Below are positions 1-8,672 of a DNA stretch of 64,000 bases, piece after piece (position 1 is the stretch's first letter; each line of letters opens with the position of its first letter). Source of the DNA: a virus. The notes under the pieces were generated by a model. The model searched no databases, was not told the origin of the DNA, and saw only the letters and a program-made list of their open reading frames with translations. The position numbers and the translations under genes are program-made. The DNA is taken from positions 32,001-96,000 of IMG/VR virus record IMGVR_UViG_3300044611_002466; one strand, 5' to 3'.

Positions 1-1371
1 GCTGCTGACGCCACGGGAACGCTCACCCGGGCCACCGAGGTAGTCCCCCGCCCTCCTGTGACCGCAGCGGCCGCTGCTCACGCTGCACCTGCTGCGCAGG
101 CCGCTGTCCACGGTGCGCAGGCCGCTGCGGCACACCAAGCCCCGGCTGCCGGACGGGCAGCGGTGAACGGGGCGGGCGGCATCATGCGTCACCTCACGGG
201 ACGCAACGCGCTCATTGCCGCCGGGGCCACCGGCGTCGTAGCGGGTGGAGGGCTGCTCGCTCACCACCTTCTGAAGCGGCCAGCACCGGCGCCAGCTCAG
301 AAGAGCGCCGACGCGCCCATCCCGCTCTCGGCGGCGGCCGCTGGACTGCTGGGCGGCTACTATCCCGGCAAAGCATTGGCCGGGCACACCGCTGCGGGCA
401 TCGCCCCGCATGGGTACAAGACCCGTGCTGACGACATTGCCCGCAAAGCTGCGATCGTCGCGGGACCGGCTGCCGGCATCCTGGCACTCGTCGCCGCGCG
501 GAAGTACGGATTGACCAGGCGCCTGCAAGGCATGCACATGGACCACTTCCCCGCCGGACTCGTCGGAAACTCGGCGGAGGAGCGCGCCCTTCTGGGGTTC
601 GCAGCTCCGACGCTCGCCGGCGGCCTTGGTACTGTTGCAGGCGGTGTTGCCACCGGGGCAGGCATCGGGGGTGTTGCGCGCGTGAAAGACATGTTGACGC
701 GTCGTGCGGCAGAGAAGCAGGCGGAGCACACCCCAGCTCCGGACCCCGGCGTTGTGGCGTCGTCGCTGCAGCCCGTCCTGGCAGCGCTTCTTGCACTCCA
801 TCAGTTCTACTTCTTCGCCCACTGGACCAGCCAGGGTGAGGGGTTCTACGGAGACCACCAGCTGTTCACGCGGCTGTACGAAGGTGCGCAGGAGGACTTC
901 GACAGCGTCGCCGAGCGCCTCGTCGGACACGGTGGCAACCAGGCGCTGGACCCGGCGGCCATCTTCACCCAGGCCTCTGCGATGAGCGCGCAGTGGATCG
1001 GAGAGGGCGCCAGCATCCCCTCAGCCGCGCTCGTAGCGGAGCAGGCAGTGCAAGAGGCGTTGACGAACGCCTACGGCACGATGGACCAGAGCGGAGGCCT
1101 CTCGCTCGGCATCGACGACCTCCTCATGTCCCTGGCCAGCAGACACGAGGGCAACCAGTACCTGCTGAAGCAACGGGACCCCAGTGGTGGCGCCGTCGCG
1201 GCTCCGCCTCAGCAGCTCGAAGTTCCGGACGCGCCGGCTCCGCCCACGCAGGAGCCTGCTGCCGTAGCGGCCCCGCAAGAAGCACCGCCGGCAGCCCCCG
1301 CACCCGCCCAGCCCGGCGCACCAATCAAGACCGCCAGCCTCCGCTCCTTCTTCGCGAGGATCTCCGAATGA
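1..1371 (+). CDS. 5'-partial head-associated polyprotein with Gly/Ala-rich hydrophobic segments and a Dps/ferritin-like domain
   Basis: Frame open from base 1; HWTSQGEGFYGDHQLFTRLYE...DSVAERL matches the Dps-type ferroxidase pattern; KSA, KQA, KTAS motifs. Confidence 0.75.
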   Translation, partial: AADATGTLTRATEVVPRPPVTAAAAAHAAPAAQAAVHGAQAAAAHQAPAAGRAAVNGAGGIMRHLTGRNALIAAGATGVVAGGGLLAHHLLKRPAPAPAQKSADAPIPLSAAAAGLLGGYYPGKALAGHTAAGIAPHGYKTRADDIARKAAIVAGPAAGILALVAARKYGLTRRLQGMHMDHFPAGLVGNSAEERALLGFAAPTLAGGLGTVAGGVATGAGIGGVARVKDMLTRRAAEKQAEHTPAPDPGVVASSLQPVLAALLALHQFYFFAHWTSQGEGFYGDHQLFTRLYEGAQEDFDSVAERLVGHGGNQALDPAAIFTQASAMSAQWIGEGASIPSAALVAEQAVQEALTNAYGTMDQSGGLSLGIDDLLMSLASRHEGNQYLLKQRDPSGGAVAAPPQQLEVPDAPAPPTQEPAAVAAPQEAPPAAPAPAQPGAPIKTASLRSFFARISE

Positions 1372-2882
1372 GTCTTCCCACCAAGATCGCCGGCAAGATC
1401 CGCCAGAGCGACTTCGACGTCTTCGAGGGCATCTTCAAGGAAGCGGCGGTCGCCGACCTGCTGCCTCAATGCCCCACGGTCCTCGCCGCGCTCAGCAAGA
1501 TCGCGTCGAAGGGGGTTGGCTCGCGCATCACGGTCGCCAGCGCCACCAAGCTCGCCGACCGCGACCGCTTCGACGTGATCCAGATCCGCCCGACGGAGTT
1601 CGGCTACCTGGTGAAGTGGGCGGCAGCGCCCGACGGGGTGGAGCCCCAGGAGAAGGAGCTGTCGGTGCCCCAGGCGCAGAAAGCCCTCCCTCCGGAGGCG
1701 CTGCAGGCGGCGGACCAGCAGGGCGTCGCCACCTTGACCGGTGTGCAGGCCGAGCCAGACCCGCTCATGGAGTCTCCGACGCCCATTGAAGGCTTTGGGA
1801 TGTACAAAGTGACCGACACCGCCGGTAACCAGGTGGTCGGGTACGTCATCCCCTCGCTCTTCGACCCCACCACCGGGCAGCCCACGCCCATGAAGCTGTT
1901 CGTGAATGGCAGCGCGTTCGCACTGCAGCCAGACATGGCCGGCGTGCTCGTCGGCGTCAGCTACAGCCTGCCCGAGGGTCCATCCGAGCCCCGCGGCATG
2001 GGCGTCTTCTACAAAACCGACGGACGTGGCATCATCGCCACCATTCCGTTCAACGTGGCGAACGCGGTCAGCGTGGAGGGCGTGCGGTACTACTCCGCGA
2101 CGACGATGGAAGGACAGCCCGTTCAGATCACTCCGAGCGAGGGCCTTGTACGTCCCATCGCTGCGGGCCCCGCCGAGATCGCGATGCCGCCGGACTACGT
2201 CTGGCTCCCGCTGAACGGGCAGATCCAGCTGCAGGGCGCGGGCGCGGACCCGATGCAGCAGGCCAAGACGGCCTCCGCCTCGAGCGCCGCCGTGATCCGT
2301 GCGTGGACCGACGGCCACGGGAACCTCCAGGGGGTACGGCTCAACGGGCCGGTGTTTGACAAGATCGGCTCCGGAGTCCACGACGTCCCGAACGCGCTGT
2401 TCTACCTCGCGGCGTCGGGTATGCCTCAGAACTTGGCGCTCGCCGTCATGGACAAGGCAGCCTCGGAGGGGACGGCGCAGTGCATGTACGGGCTGCGCCC
2501 ACTGTCCGTGCGCTCGGCCATCGTGAAGGAGGCGTTCGTGGACGCCTACGCGAAGCTCGGCACGCGCGGCTACGCGATCCCGAAGGCCCCCTGCCTCCTC
2601 AAGGAGGCCATGGCCATCGAGATGCACAAGGAGGCCAAGACCTTGGTCGGGGTCGACTCCCTGGACACCCTCCTCGCGGTGGGCTTCATCAACCAGGAGA
2701 ACATCCAGGACTTCGTCGACATGCTCCCCGCGCTCGAGGAGACCGCAAGCAAGCTGGCGAGCCTCACCTTCGCCGTGCAGATCGGCCTGCAGTCCGTACC
2801 GGAGTCGGCTGTCGTCCGCGCGATGACGTCGCTGGACGGCGTCATCACCGGCCTTCAGGGACTCAAGACCTACAAGCTCTGA
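1368..2882 (+). CDS. K-x-A-rich putative head/core protein (start refined to MSLPTKIAG)
   Basis: ATG overlaps upstream TGA (ATGA); 11 of 24 Lys are in K-x-A by hand count. Confidence 0.7.
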   Translation: MSLPTKIAGKIRQSDFDVFEGIFKEAAVADLLPQCPTVLAALSKIASKGVGSRITVASATKLADRDRFDVIQIRPTEFGYLVKWAAAPDGVEPQEKELSVPQAQKALPPEALQAADQQGVATLTGVQAEPDPLMESPTPIEGFGMYKVTDTAGNQVVGYVIPSLFDPTTGQPTPMKLFVNGSAFALQPDMAGVLVGVSYSLPEGPSEPRGMGVFYKTDGRGIIATIPFNVANAVSVEGVRYYSATTMEGQPVQITPSEGLVRPIAAGPAEIAMPPDYVWLPLNGQIQLQGAGADPMQQAKTASASSAAVIRAWTDGHGNLQGVRLNGPVFDKIGSGVHDVPNALFYLAASGMPQNLALAVMDKAASEGTAQCMYGLRPLSVRSAIVKEAFVDAYAKLGTRGYAIPKAPCLLKEAMAIEMHKEAKTLVGVDSLDTLLAVGFINQENIQDFVDMLPALEETASKLASLTFAVQIGLQSVPESAVVRAMTSLDGVITGLQGLKTYKL

Positions 2883-2889
2883 GGGGCGG

Positions 2890-3777
2890 ATGGCGGCCAA
2901 CGTCTTCATACACCCCGCGCATTATTACGCTCGGTACTTGGTTCTTCTCATGGACAACCCGTACAAGGAGTTGAACCCCGCGCTCGAACTCTGCGGACTC
3001 GCGGAGATGGACAAGCTGCAGCTCGAGCTGGCGGTCTCCGACATGGCGAGCCCGCCGCCGGACTTCCGTCCATGGGACCGGCAGCACGCGCCCTCCGTCA
3101 AATGGCTCCGCCAGAAGAAGGTCTACTCGCTGCTTCACCAGGACTCCGCGGCGGAGGGCATGTCGGCCATCGTCGCGCATCGGCGTATACGCGAGGCGAT
3201 CGAGCGCATGCTCATCGGCAACGTGAGCCACGCGGAGATCTCCTTCCACCTGAAGAGCCTCGGGTACTCCGTGGAGGAGGCAGCAGTCGCCGACTTCCGG
3301 CACTTCTTCTGGAACACAGAGATCATGGGGGGCGCCGACTGGGCGCACTACTTCCGCGAGGACGACCGCGGCCGGACGCGGGACTTGCAGGGCCAGTACG
3401 CCGCCGCGCGCATCTCCGGCCCCCAGTTCGCGCTCTATCGGTCCGGCATCAAGGTGGAGGTCGACCGGCGCAAGGTCCTGGAGGAGGTGCACGACGAGCT
3501 CTACCACACCTTCCTGGAGGTACGTGCGCTGCCTACCTCCGAGAAGAAGGTGGAGATGCTGTCCACCATCTCGCGCAGCCTCGTGAAGGTGACCGAGCGC
3601 ATCGAGGCTGGCGACAGCGCGCTGTCTGACGTGCTCCGGAAGTTCGAGAAGTTCCGGATGGCCTCGAACGCGGAGCCGCTGCCTACTATGCGGCAGCTTG
3701 CCCCCACGGGAACCGTGAGTGATAGGGGGAGGCGTGTACTCACCACCACGGCCGACAAGGAGCCCCATGCACAATAG
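2890..3777 (+). CDS. Phage protein of unknown function (possible terminase small subunit or other DNA-binding protein)
   Basis: Clean 295-aa ORF with SD; helical, with a coiled-coil-like C-terminus; function is positional inference only. Confidence 0.55.
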   Translation: MAANVFIHPAHYYARYLVLLMDNPYKELNPALELCGLAEMDKLQLELAVSDMASPPPDFRPWDRQHAPSVKWLRQKKVYSLLHQDSAAEGMSAIVAHRRIREAIERMLIGNVSHAEISFHLKSLGYSVEEAAVADFRHFFWNTEIMGGADWAHYFREDDRGRTRDLQGQYAAARISGPQFALYRSGIKVEVDRRKVLEEVHDELYHTFLEVRALPTSEKKVEMLSTISRSLVKVTERIEAGDSALSDVLRKFEKFRMASNAEPLPTMRQLAPTGTVSDRGRRVLTTTADKEPHAQ

Positions 3778-4192
3778 CCTCGCCACTGCCCCCGCCTCCA
3801 AAAGGGACTTGGTCGCCGCGTTCGCCGCGGGCGTGGAGACCTTCAAGCGCACTTCGCTCTCCCTGGACGTGAGGGAGACGCTGGAGGGGGAGTTCTGCAC
3901 CACCACCGCGGTGTTCAAGCCCAACGGCGACATCATCTTCCAGCTGTTCCCCGTGGACTTGAAGCAGCTCGGGGGGGATGAGAAGGGCCGGGCGTTGCTC
4001 AGCGAGCTCGTCGAGGTCTACTTCTCCGTCACGGACCGCTTCTCCGCCGACTGGGTGCCCGAGCTCAAGAGCTGGGCCCTCAAGGCTGGCGGCTTGGCGA
4101 ACGCGTTGAGCTACGACAAGACGCATCATGTCGACGGCTTCGCCACCTACGTCAATCAGGCGCTGGCCGACCTCAAGGGGATGGCATCGTGA
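3767..4192 (+). CDS. Hypothetical protein
   Basis: AGGAG SD before ATG 3767; coupled to neighbours. Confidence 0.65.
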   Translation: MHNSLATAPASKRDLVAAFAAGVETFKRTSLSLDVRETLEGEFCTTTAVFKPNGDIIFQLFPVDLKQLGGDEKGRALLSELVEVYFSVTDRFSADWVPELKSWALKAGGLANALSYDKTHHVDGFATYVNQALADLKGMAS

Positions 4193-4593
4193 TCCGCTCG
4201 AACACCTTTCCCACCGCGTTCGCCCTGGCCTCCTGGATGCGTGACTCGGGCTACGGCCCGCAGGACATCACCATCACGGGCGGGCAGAACCAGTCCGGAC
4301 ACATCGACATCCTCTATGACGACGCGGACCCCACGGGCGTCGCGGCCGGCGCCGGCGCCGCGAATGTGGACCTTGCGGAGGGCGCCAGGCTGCAGCGCAT
4401 TCGCGTCTCCGCAACGGGCGGCAACACCACCCTGAACATCCTCGGGCTCGGCTCCTTCACCATCCTCAGCGGCGACACGTTCGAGATCGACTGGGAGGGG
4501 CGCTACGTCGGCACCGGAGTGGCCGCAGCAGAGAACCGCATCGCGATCGGCGCCAACAGCCTCTACTTCGTGAGCTGGCTGGATCGGAGTTAA
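4189..4593 (+). CDS. Hypothetical, possibly virion beta-rich protein
   Basis: GTGA overlap with upstream stop; Gly/Thr/Asn-rich. Confidence 0.6.
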   Translation: MIRSNTFPTAFALASWMRDSGYGPQDITITGGQNQSGHIDILYDDADPTGVAAGAGAANVDLAEGARLQRIRVSATGGNTTLNILGLGSFTILSGDTFEIDWEGRYVGTGVAAAENRIAIGANSLYFVSWLDRS

Positions 4594-4595
4594 AG

Positions 4596-4623
4596 GAACG
4601 GCCCCCTCAGGAGAGGGCCGTTC
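4596..4623. terminator. Hairpin at convergent gene junction
   Basis: GAACGGCCC...GGGCCGTTC stem where + and - genes meet. Confidence 0.55.
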
Positions 4624-5230
4624 TGCATGCCTGCTCTCGGTGGTGCGGGGACATCCCGTACTTCCGGAGCGCGGCGATGTGCACGCTCGTCTGCTTGCCG
4701 CCCCCCGCGTACCCCATGTTGGAGTCCCAGCGGTACACCGGGAACTCCTGGTGCAGCTTCAGCATGAGGTCGTCGCGGTAGGTCTTCGCGATGATCGAAG
4801 CCGCAGCCACGAGCCAGAACTTCGAGTCCGCCTGGGGGATCACACGCTGATTGACCCTCCAGCTCAGACCTTCCACCCGGACGCTGCCGTCGACCACGAG
4901 CACGTTCAGCGGGGCCTCCCCCTCCACCACGTGCAGCGCCAGGAGCTTCGACCACCTCAGCGCGCCGCTGTAGCCCCGTCTGTCGATGTCCTCGGCGGAG
5001 ACCTCCCCGATGCCCACGGAGGCGCCCTGCTCCACGAGCCAGGGCATCAGCCGCCCCATGATCTCGGCCCTCTGCGCTGGCGTGGTCTTCTTCGAGTCCC
5101 GTACCCCCGGGACCGGCCACCACGCCTGAAAGTCGTCGAAGTTCGCCGGCGCGTCTACCGCGACAGCCACCGAGACCAGCGGGCCCGCGAGAGCTCCGTA
5201 CCCAACTTCGTCCAGGCCCGCGTACCTCAG
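4607..5230 (-). CDS. rnhB: Ribonuclease HII (start inferred at CTG 5230)
   Basis: GLDEVGYGALAGP, DSKK, VVDG, ADSK..VAAASIIAKTYRD, GY and H..AL..YG.SPHHR motifs; the catalytic DE lies upstream of the first GTG. Confidence 0.9.
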   Translation of the reverse strand: MRYAGLDEVGYGALAGPLVSVAVAVDAPANFDDFQAWWPVPGVRDSKKTTPAQRAEIMGRLMPWLVEQGASVGIGEVSAEDIDRRGYSGALRWSKLLALHVVEGEAPLNVLVVDGSVRVEGLSWRVNQRVIPQADSKFWLVAAASIIAKTYRDDLMLKLHQEFPVYRWDSNMGYAGGGKQTSVHIAALRKYGMSPHHREQACRTALS

Positions 5231-5433
5231 AGCACACCACCGGCCGCGGCGAACCCCACGCGGGCCACATCGAGCAGGCGTTCGCGTACCAGGCCTGCCG
5301 TGTGAATGACCTCTTCTGACATCCCGGCAGGGTGCTTGAGGACATCAATGGCGGTGTCAAACAGCACCCTGTCCGCCGGATGTAGCCAGTCGCGTGCATC
5401 ACGGGAGAGCCCCTTTTGCAGCTCGGGCGACAT
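5227..5433 (-). CDS. Small hypothetical protein (MSPELQKG...)
   Basis: AGGAG SD, coupled to both neighbours. Confidence 0.6.
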   Translation of the reverse strand: MSPELQKGLSRDARDWLHPADRVLFDTAIDVLKHPAGMSEEVIHTAGLVRERLLDVARVGFAAAGGVL

Positions 5434-6275
5434 CACTCCTCCCAGCGAGGAAAGGCCTCGCGGAACTCGTTGATACGCTCGGCGTCCCACGCGGGGCACC
5501 TCTCGTCCAGCACCATCTTCATGAGATCGTAGGGACGCAGACTCGGTCCGGGGATCCACAGGTCCTTGCTCTCGTAGAAATGAGCCGCTCTTCGGACCGA
5601 ACACTCCCCGTAGGGGCAGTCTCGTCCGGCACTCCAGCGATCGAATGCTGTGGGATCTGGATGACACGCGGCGTCAAACCGCATGAGTTCCAGCACCGTT
5701 TCGTCGCGAAGGGCGCCCCATCGAGCGAGGAGCATCATGGTGGGAGAGGGCAGCCGGGCCAAATCCAGGTTGGCGTTCTGGAGCCAAGCGTACTGAAGGG
5801 CAGTCTCGCCCAGGCTCGCCTGCCGAAGATTGGCGCCACGGAAGTCAGCCCAATCGGCACTGGCGAAGTCGAGACATGCGTTCTCCAGGTTGGCCCTGGC
5901 GAACTTAGCATATCTGAGATGAGCACCTGACAGGTCAGCCCCCGAAAGATCTGACCCAGTTAGGTCGGCATGCGACAGGTCGGCACCGGTGAACTTGGCA
6001 TGGCGCAGATCCGCGTCGCGCAGATCTGCGTACCTGAGGTTGGCTTCTATGAAGTCCGCACACTGGAGCACGGCGCCACGGAGGCTGATCTGATGTAGAT
6101 CTGCAGACTGACATACGAGTCGATCGGGCTGGCCATCGGCGCCGAGGCGGGCTGCGATGCTCGGCTTGGCGCCGAAGCCGTGCACGTGAGCGCCGTAGGT
6201 GTCACGCGCCCACGCGCAGTGACCGGGGTACCAGGTCAGATGTGCAAGGTGTTGTGGGATGGAACCGTTGTCCAT
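5433..6275 (-). CDS. Pentapeptide repeat protein with a C-terminal Cys/His-containing domain
   Basis: Over 20 tandem A(D/N)LxX repeats (ANLRY ADLRD ADLRH AKFTG ADLSH...). Confidence 0.9.
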   Translation of the reverse strand: MDNGSIPQHLAHLTWYPGHCAWARDTYGAHVHGFGAKPSIAARLGADGQPDRLVCQSADLHQISLRGAVLQCADFIEANLRYADLRDADLRHAKFTGADLSHADLTGSDLSGADLSGAHLRYAKFARANLENACLDFASADWADFRGANLRQASLGETALQYAWLQNANLDLARLPSPTMMLLARWGALRDETVLELMRFDAACHPDPTAFDRWSAGRDCPYGECSVRRAAHFYESKDLWIPGPSLRPYDLMKMVLDERCPAWDAERINEFREAFPRWEE

Positions 6276-6308
6276 GTCAACCTCTGGTTCGAGGGAGTTT
6301 GATCTCTT

Positions 6309-6548
6309 TCAAGATGCTACACGCGGTAGGCTGGATCGAAGATCGGCCATAACTTCTTCATCTGAGCCTTGAAGTGCATCCGCAATCGCTGAATGTCGCG
6401 AAATACCGGACACCTCGTCCGCTGTAAGTCGAACACCAAGACCCCGCCGCGCTGCGCGCATTATCCGTCGGTATGCACGGCGAACAGTCATGACCTCCTG
6501 CTCGTACGGGGTCAGGCATTGCGCCTTCTGACGACCGGAGCGTGGCAT
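6309..6548 (-). CDS. Small hypothetical protein (MPRSGRQK...)
   Basis: ORF in - strand run; start refined. Confidence 0.5.
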   Translation of the reverse strand: MPRSGRQKAQCLTPYEQEVMTVRRAYRRIMRAARRGLGVRLTADEVSGISRHSAIADALQGSDEEVMADLRSSLPRVAS

Positions 6549-6556
6549 GGCTACGG

Positions 6557-6829
6557 CTACCTTCCCCGCCGGTGGCGCCGGTTGGCGGCGTCCATCTTGG
6601 CGCGGATCTGCTCGGGGGTCTCGCGCACCCGGAGTTTCAGAACGCCGACCGGATCGTCGCTGAGTAGGATCGAGGTGACGCCCTCGTCGGGGATGACGCC
6701 GACGATGATGGCGGGGTCCACGTAGGCGGGCCCGATGTCGCGCCATTCAGCAGGCGCGTCCATGATCTCTCGGTAGGCCCGTCCCGGGTGCGTCACAAAT
6801 TCGACGGCGGTGTATTTGATGAGGGCCAT
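6557..6829 (-). CDS. Small hypothetical protein (MALIKYTAV...)
   Basis: SD-preceded ATG; phage-like composition. Confidence 0.6.
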   Translation of the reverse strand: MALIKYTAVEFVTHPGRAYREIMDAPAEWRDIGPAYVDPAIIVGVIPDEGVTSILLSDDPVGVLKLRVRETPEQIRAKMDAANRRHRRGR

Positions 6830-6834
6830 GGTGA

Positions 6835-6981
6835 TCATCCTGTGGTGGTGGTGGCGCGCTCGGTGATGATGCGCTCGATGCTGTCGGGGGTCTCGGTGCG
6901 TACCAGACGGAGGCACTCGGAGTAGCTCCACCCGGTGCGCTGCTGGAGCGCGCGGGCTTCTCGTTGCGGCTTGGCTGCCAT
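6835..6981 (-). CDS. 48-aa helical protein (MAAKPQREARALQQRTGWSYSECLRLV...)
   Basis: GGAG SD; UBA/EF-Ts-N-like helical pattern (weak). Confidence 0.55.
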   Translation of the reverse strand: MAAKPQREARALQQRTGWSYSECLRLVRTETPDSIERIITERATTTTG

Positions 6982-7033
6982 GGTGTCTCCGAGGCCCCCG
7001 GCTACCAGAAGGCGGCCGGGAGCGGATGGATGG

Positions 7034-7171
7034 TCAGTTGAGCGTGCCGGCGCTGTCACCGGCGACGCCGGTCGCGCCGTCGAGAGGCCAGCCGCCGTTG
7101 CAGCCTTCGAGAGGGGCGATCTGGGACGGTGTGGATGCGGTTCCCGCCTTGAGACCGGTCTTGGCCTTCAT
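7034..7171 (-). CDS. 45-aa peptide MKAKTGLKAGTASTPSQIAPLEGCNGGWPLDGATGVAGDSAGTLN, below the ORF-track cutoff
   Basis: Translated by hand; strong AAAGGAG SD 7 nt upstream; fills an otherwise empty gap. Confidence 0.75.
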   Translation of the reverse strand: MKAKTGLKAGTASTPSQIAPLEGCNGGWPLDGATGVAGDSAGTLN

Positions 7172-7190
7172 GATGTGTGCTCCTTTGTTC

Positions 7191-7248
7191 CCCGGGATGG
7201 GGCAGTCCCTCACCGCGCGTCATCGGTGAGGGACTGGCCAGCCCCGGG
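7191..7248. other. Long intergenic hairpin
   Basis: Perfect 13-bp stem CAGTCCCTCACCG (7203-7215) / CGGTGAGGGACTG (7224-7236), extended by CCCGGG/CCCGGG. Confidence 0.75.
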
Positions 7249-7260
7249 CGCTGGCGGTGG

Positions 7261-7773
7261 TTAGGCGGTCTGAAGGCTCTTGAGACGCGCCGCCGCCGCC
7301 TGCTCGGTCGCCTTGGCGGCTTTGAGGGCCGCCTCTGCCACGCGGAGACGGGGCAACGTCGTCGTCGGGTTCGCGCGCCACGCGAAACCGGCGGAGTTGT
7401 CCTCCTGCTCCGCCTTGAGGCGGGCGGAGTAGGCGCCCATGTACGCCTCCGCCGCCTCGATGGCGGCCATCTCGGTGTCCCAATCTCGCAGCGGCGCGCG
7501 GCCGCTGGAGAGGATGACCCCGTCTGGGGTACGGAGCTGCGCCTTTGGCCAGAAGCGAGACAGCCCGCCGAAGAAGTCGGCCGCGGCCAGCTCCTCCTCG
7601 GTGATCTCGATCACCGACGTACCGTCCGGCGGACCGGCCGCCATGTAGGTCGTGTCGCCGTCGTTGCAGGTGATGAACGACACGTCTGCGGAGTAGCGCC
7701 ACACAGAGAGGTTCTGAGGGCCGAAAACCGGCAAATAGCCCTGTCCTGGAACGTAGATCATGGGGGACTCCAT
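7261..7773 (-). CDS. Hypothetical protein with C-terminal coiled coil
   Basis: 170-aa ORF in - strand run. Confidence 0.65.
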   Translation of the reverse strand: MESPMIYVPGQGYLPVFGPQNLSVWRYSADVSFITCNDGDTTYMAAGPPDGTSVIEITEEELAAADFFGGLSRFWPKAQLRTPDGVILSSGRAPLRDWDTEMAAIEAAEAYMGAYSARLKAEQEDNSAGFAWRANPTTTLPRLRVAEAALKAAKATEQAAAARLKSLQTA

Positions 7774-7868
7774 TCCCGGGTACGCCGGGCCGAATCTGTG
7801 AAGACACCAGTTGAATCCCCTGTCCCGGGGCTCGGCCGCGTCAGTGGGGACGTGGAACCCATGCGGCG

Positions 7869-8273
7869 TCAGGCCGCGGCGCAGTACCAGGGGGCGGGAA
7901 GCGGGAGGCGCACTTCCACGACATCCCAGCTTTCTCCGCCCGCGAGGGCTTGGAGGCGGGCGCGGTGGATGGGCAGGCGGGTGGCCGCGTCCTCCTGGTT
8001 CTTCGGGTTGACGTCGTTATCTGCCGTCCATGAGTCGAGACGGATCGATGCGGCCACCCGCTGCGCCTCCTGCGGCGCTCCATGGAAGATCACCTCCGGG
8101 GCCTTCGGATGGGGCCGCGTGAACGACCAGCCGTAGCTCTGCAGGAGCACCGCGTCGGCCAACGTGTCGGCCTGCTCTGAGGTGACCGCGTTGATGACCT
8201 CCTGGTTGGTGGGATGGCCGGTGACGCCAAGAACTGCACGAGAGCCGCCGGTCGAGGAGAAGAGAGACGACAT
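7869..8273 (-). CDS. Hypothetical protein
   Basis: GGAG SD, 134 aa. Confidence 0.6.
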   Translation of the reverse strand: MSSLFSSTGGSRAVLGVTGHPTNQEVINAVTSEQADTLADAVLLQSYGWSFTRPHPKAPEVIFHGAPQEAQRVAASIRLDSWTADNDVNPKNQEDAATRLPIHRARLQALAGGESWDVVEVRLPLPAPWYCAAA

Positions 8274-8318
8274 GATGTACTCCGTGTCCGCGTAGGACAG
8301 CGTGGTGTGTGGTTGCTT

Positions 8319-8672
8319 TTATTGTCTTCGAGGAAGCTGGTGCATCCGGGGGCTTGGACTTCTCAGCGAGTAGGGGTCTACCGCTGACTCCGGTCCAAGC
8401 CCCCGGATGAGTAGAAGGGCCGTCCAGCGAAACCGCGGATGTGCGATTCCGCTGGAGGCCACTGTGGCGTTGTTGACATCCGCCCACCCGACAAGGAGCT
8501 GTCGGATGAACCCGGACGTCACCGCCGTCCACGGAGCCGTGGCCGTGAGGACCAGGACCCATTGAAGCGGGTCCTCCCGAGGAACGAGCTCACTGCTCCG
8601 TAGGTCGCCGTCCAGCGCCCGGTTCGCCGACGCGGCGAACAGCGGTACCCAGGACAGCGACGGAGGACTCAC
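8319..8672 (-). CDS. Hypothetical protein
   Basis: Coupled to upstream gene by a 4-nt overlap. Confidence 0.5.
   Translation of the reverse strand: MSPPSLSWVPLFAASANRALDGDLRSSELVPREDPLQWVLVLTATAPWTAVTSGFIRQLLVGWADVNNATVASSGIAHPRFRWTALLLIRGLGPESAVDPYSLRSPSPRMHQLPRRQ

Noticed and set aside
993-1367. N-terminal extension of ORF 993-2882
   Set aside because: Overlaps the real upstream gene in another frame and is Arg/Pro-rich; the ATGA-coupled start at 1368 fits better
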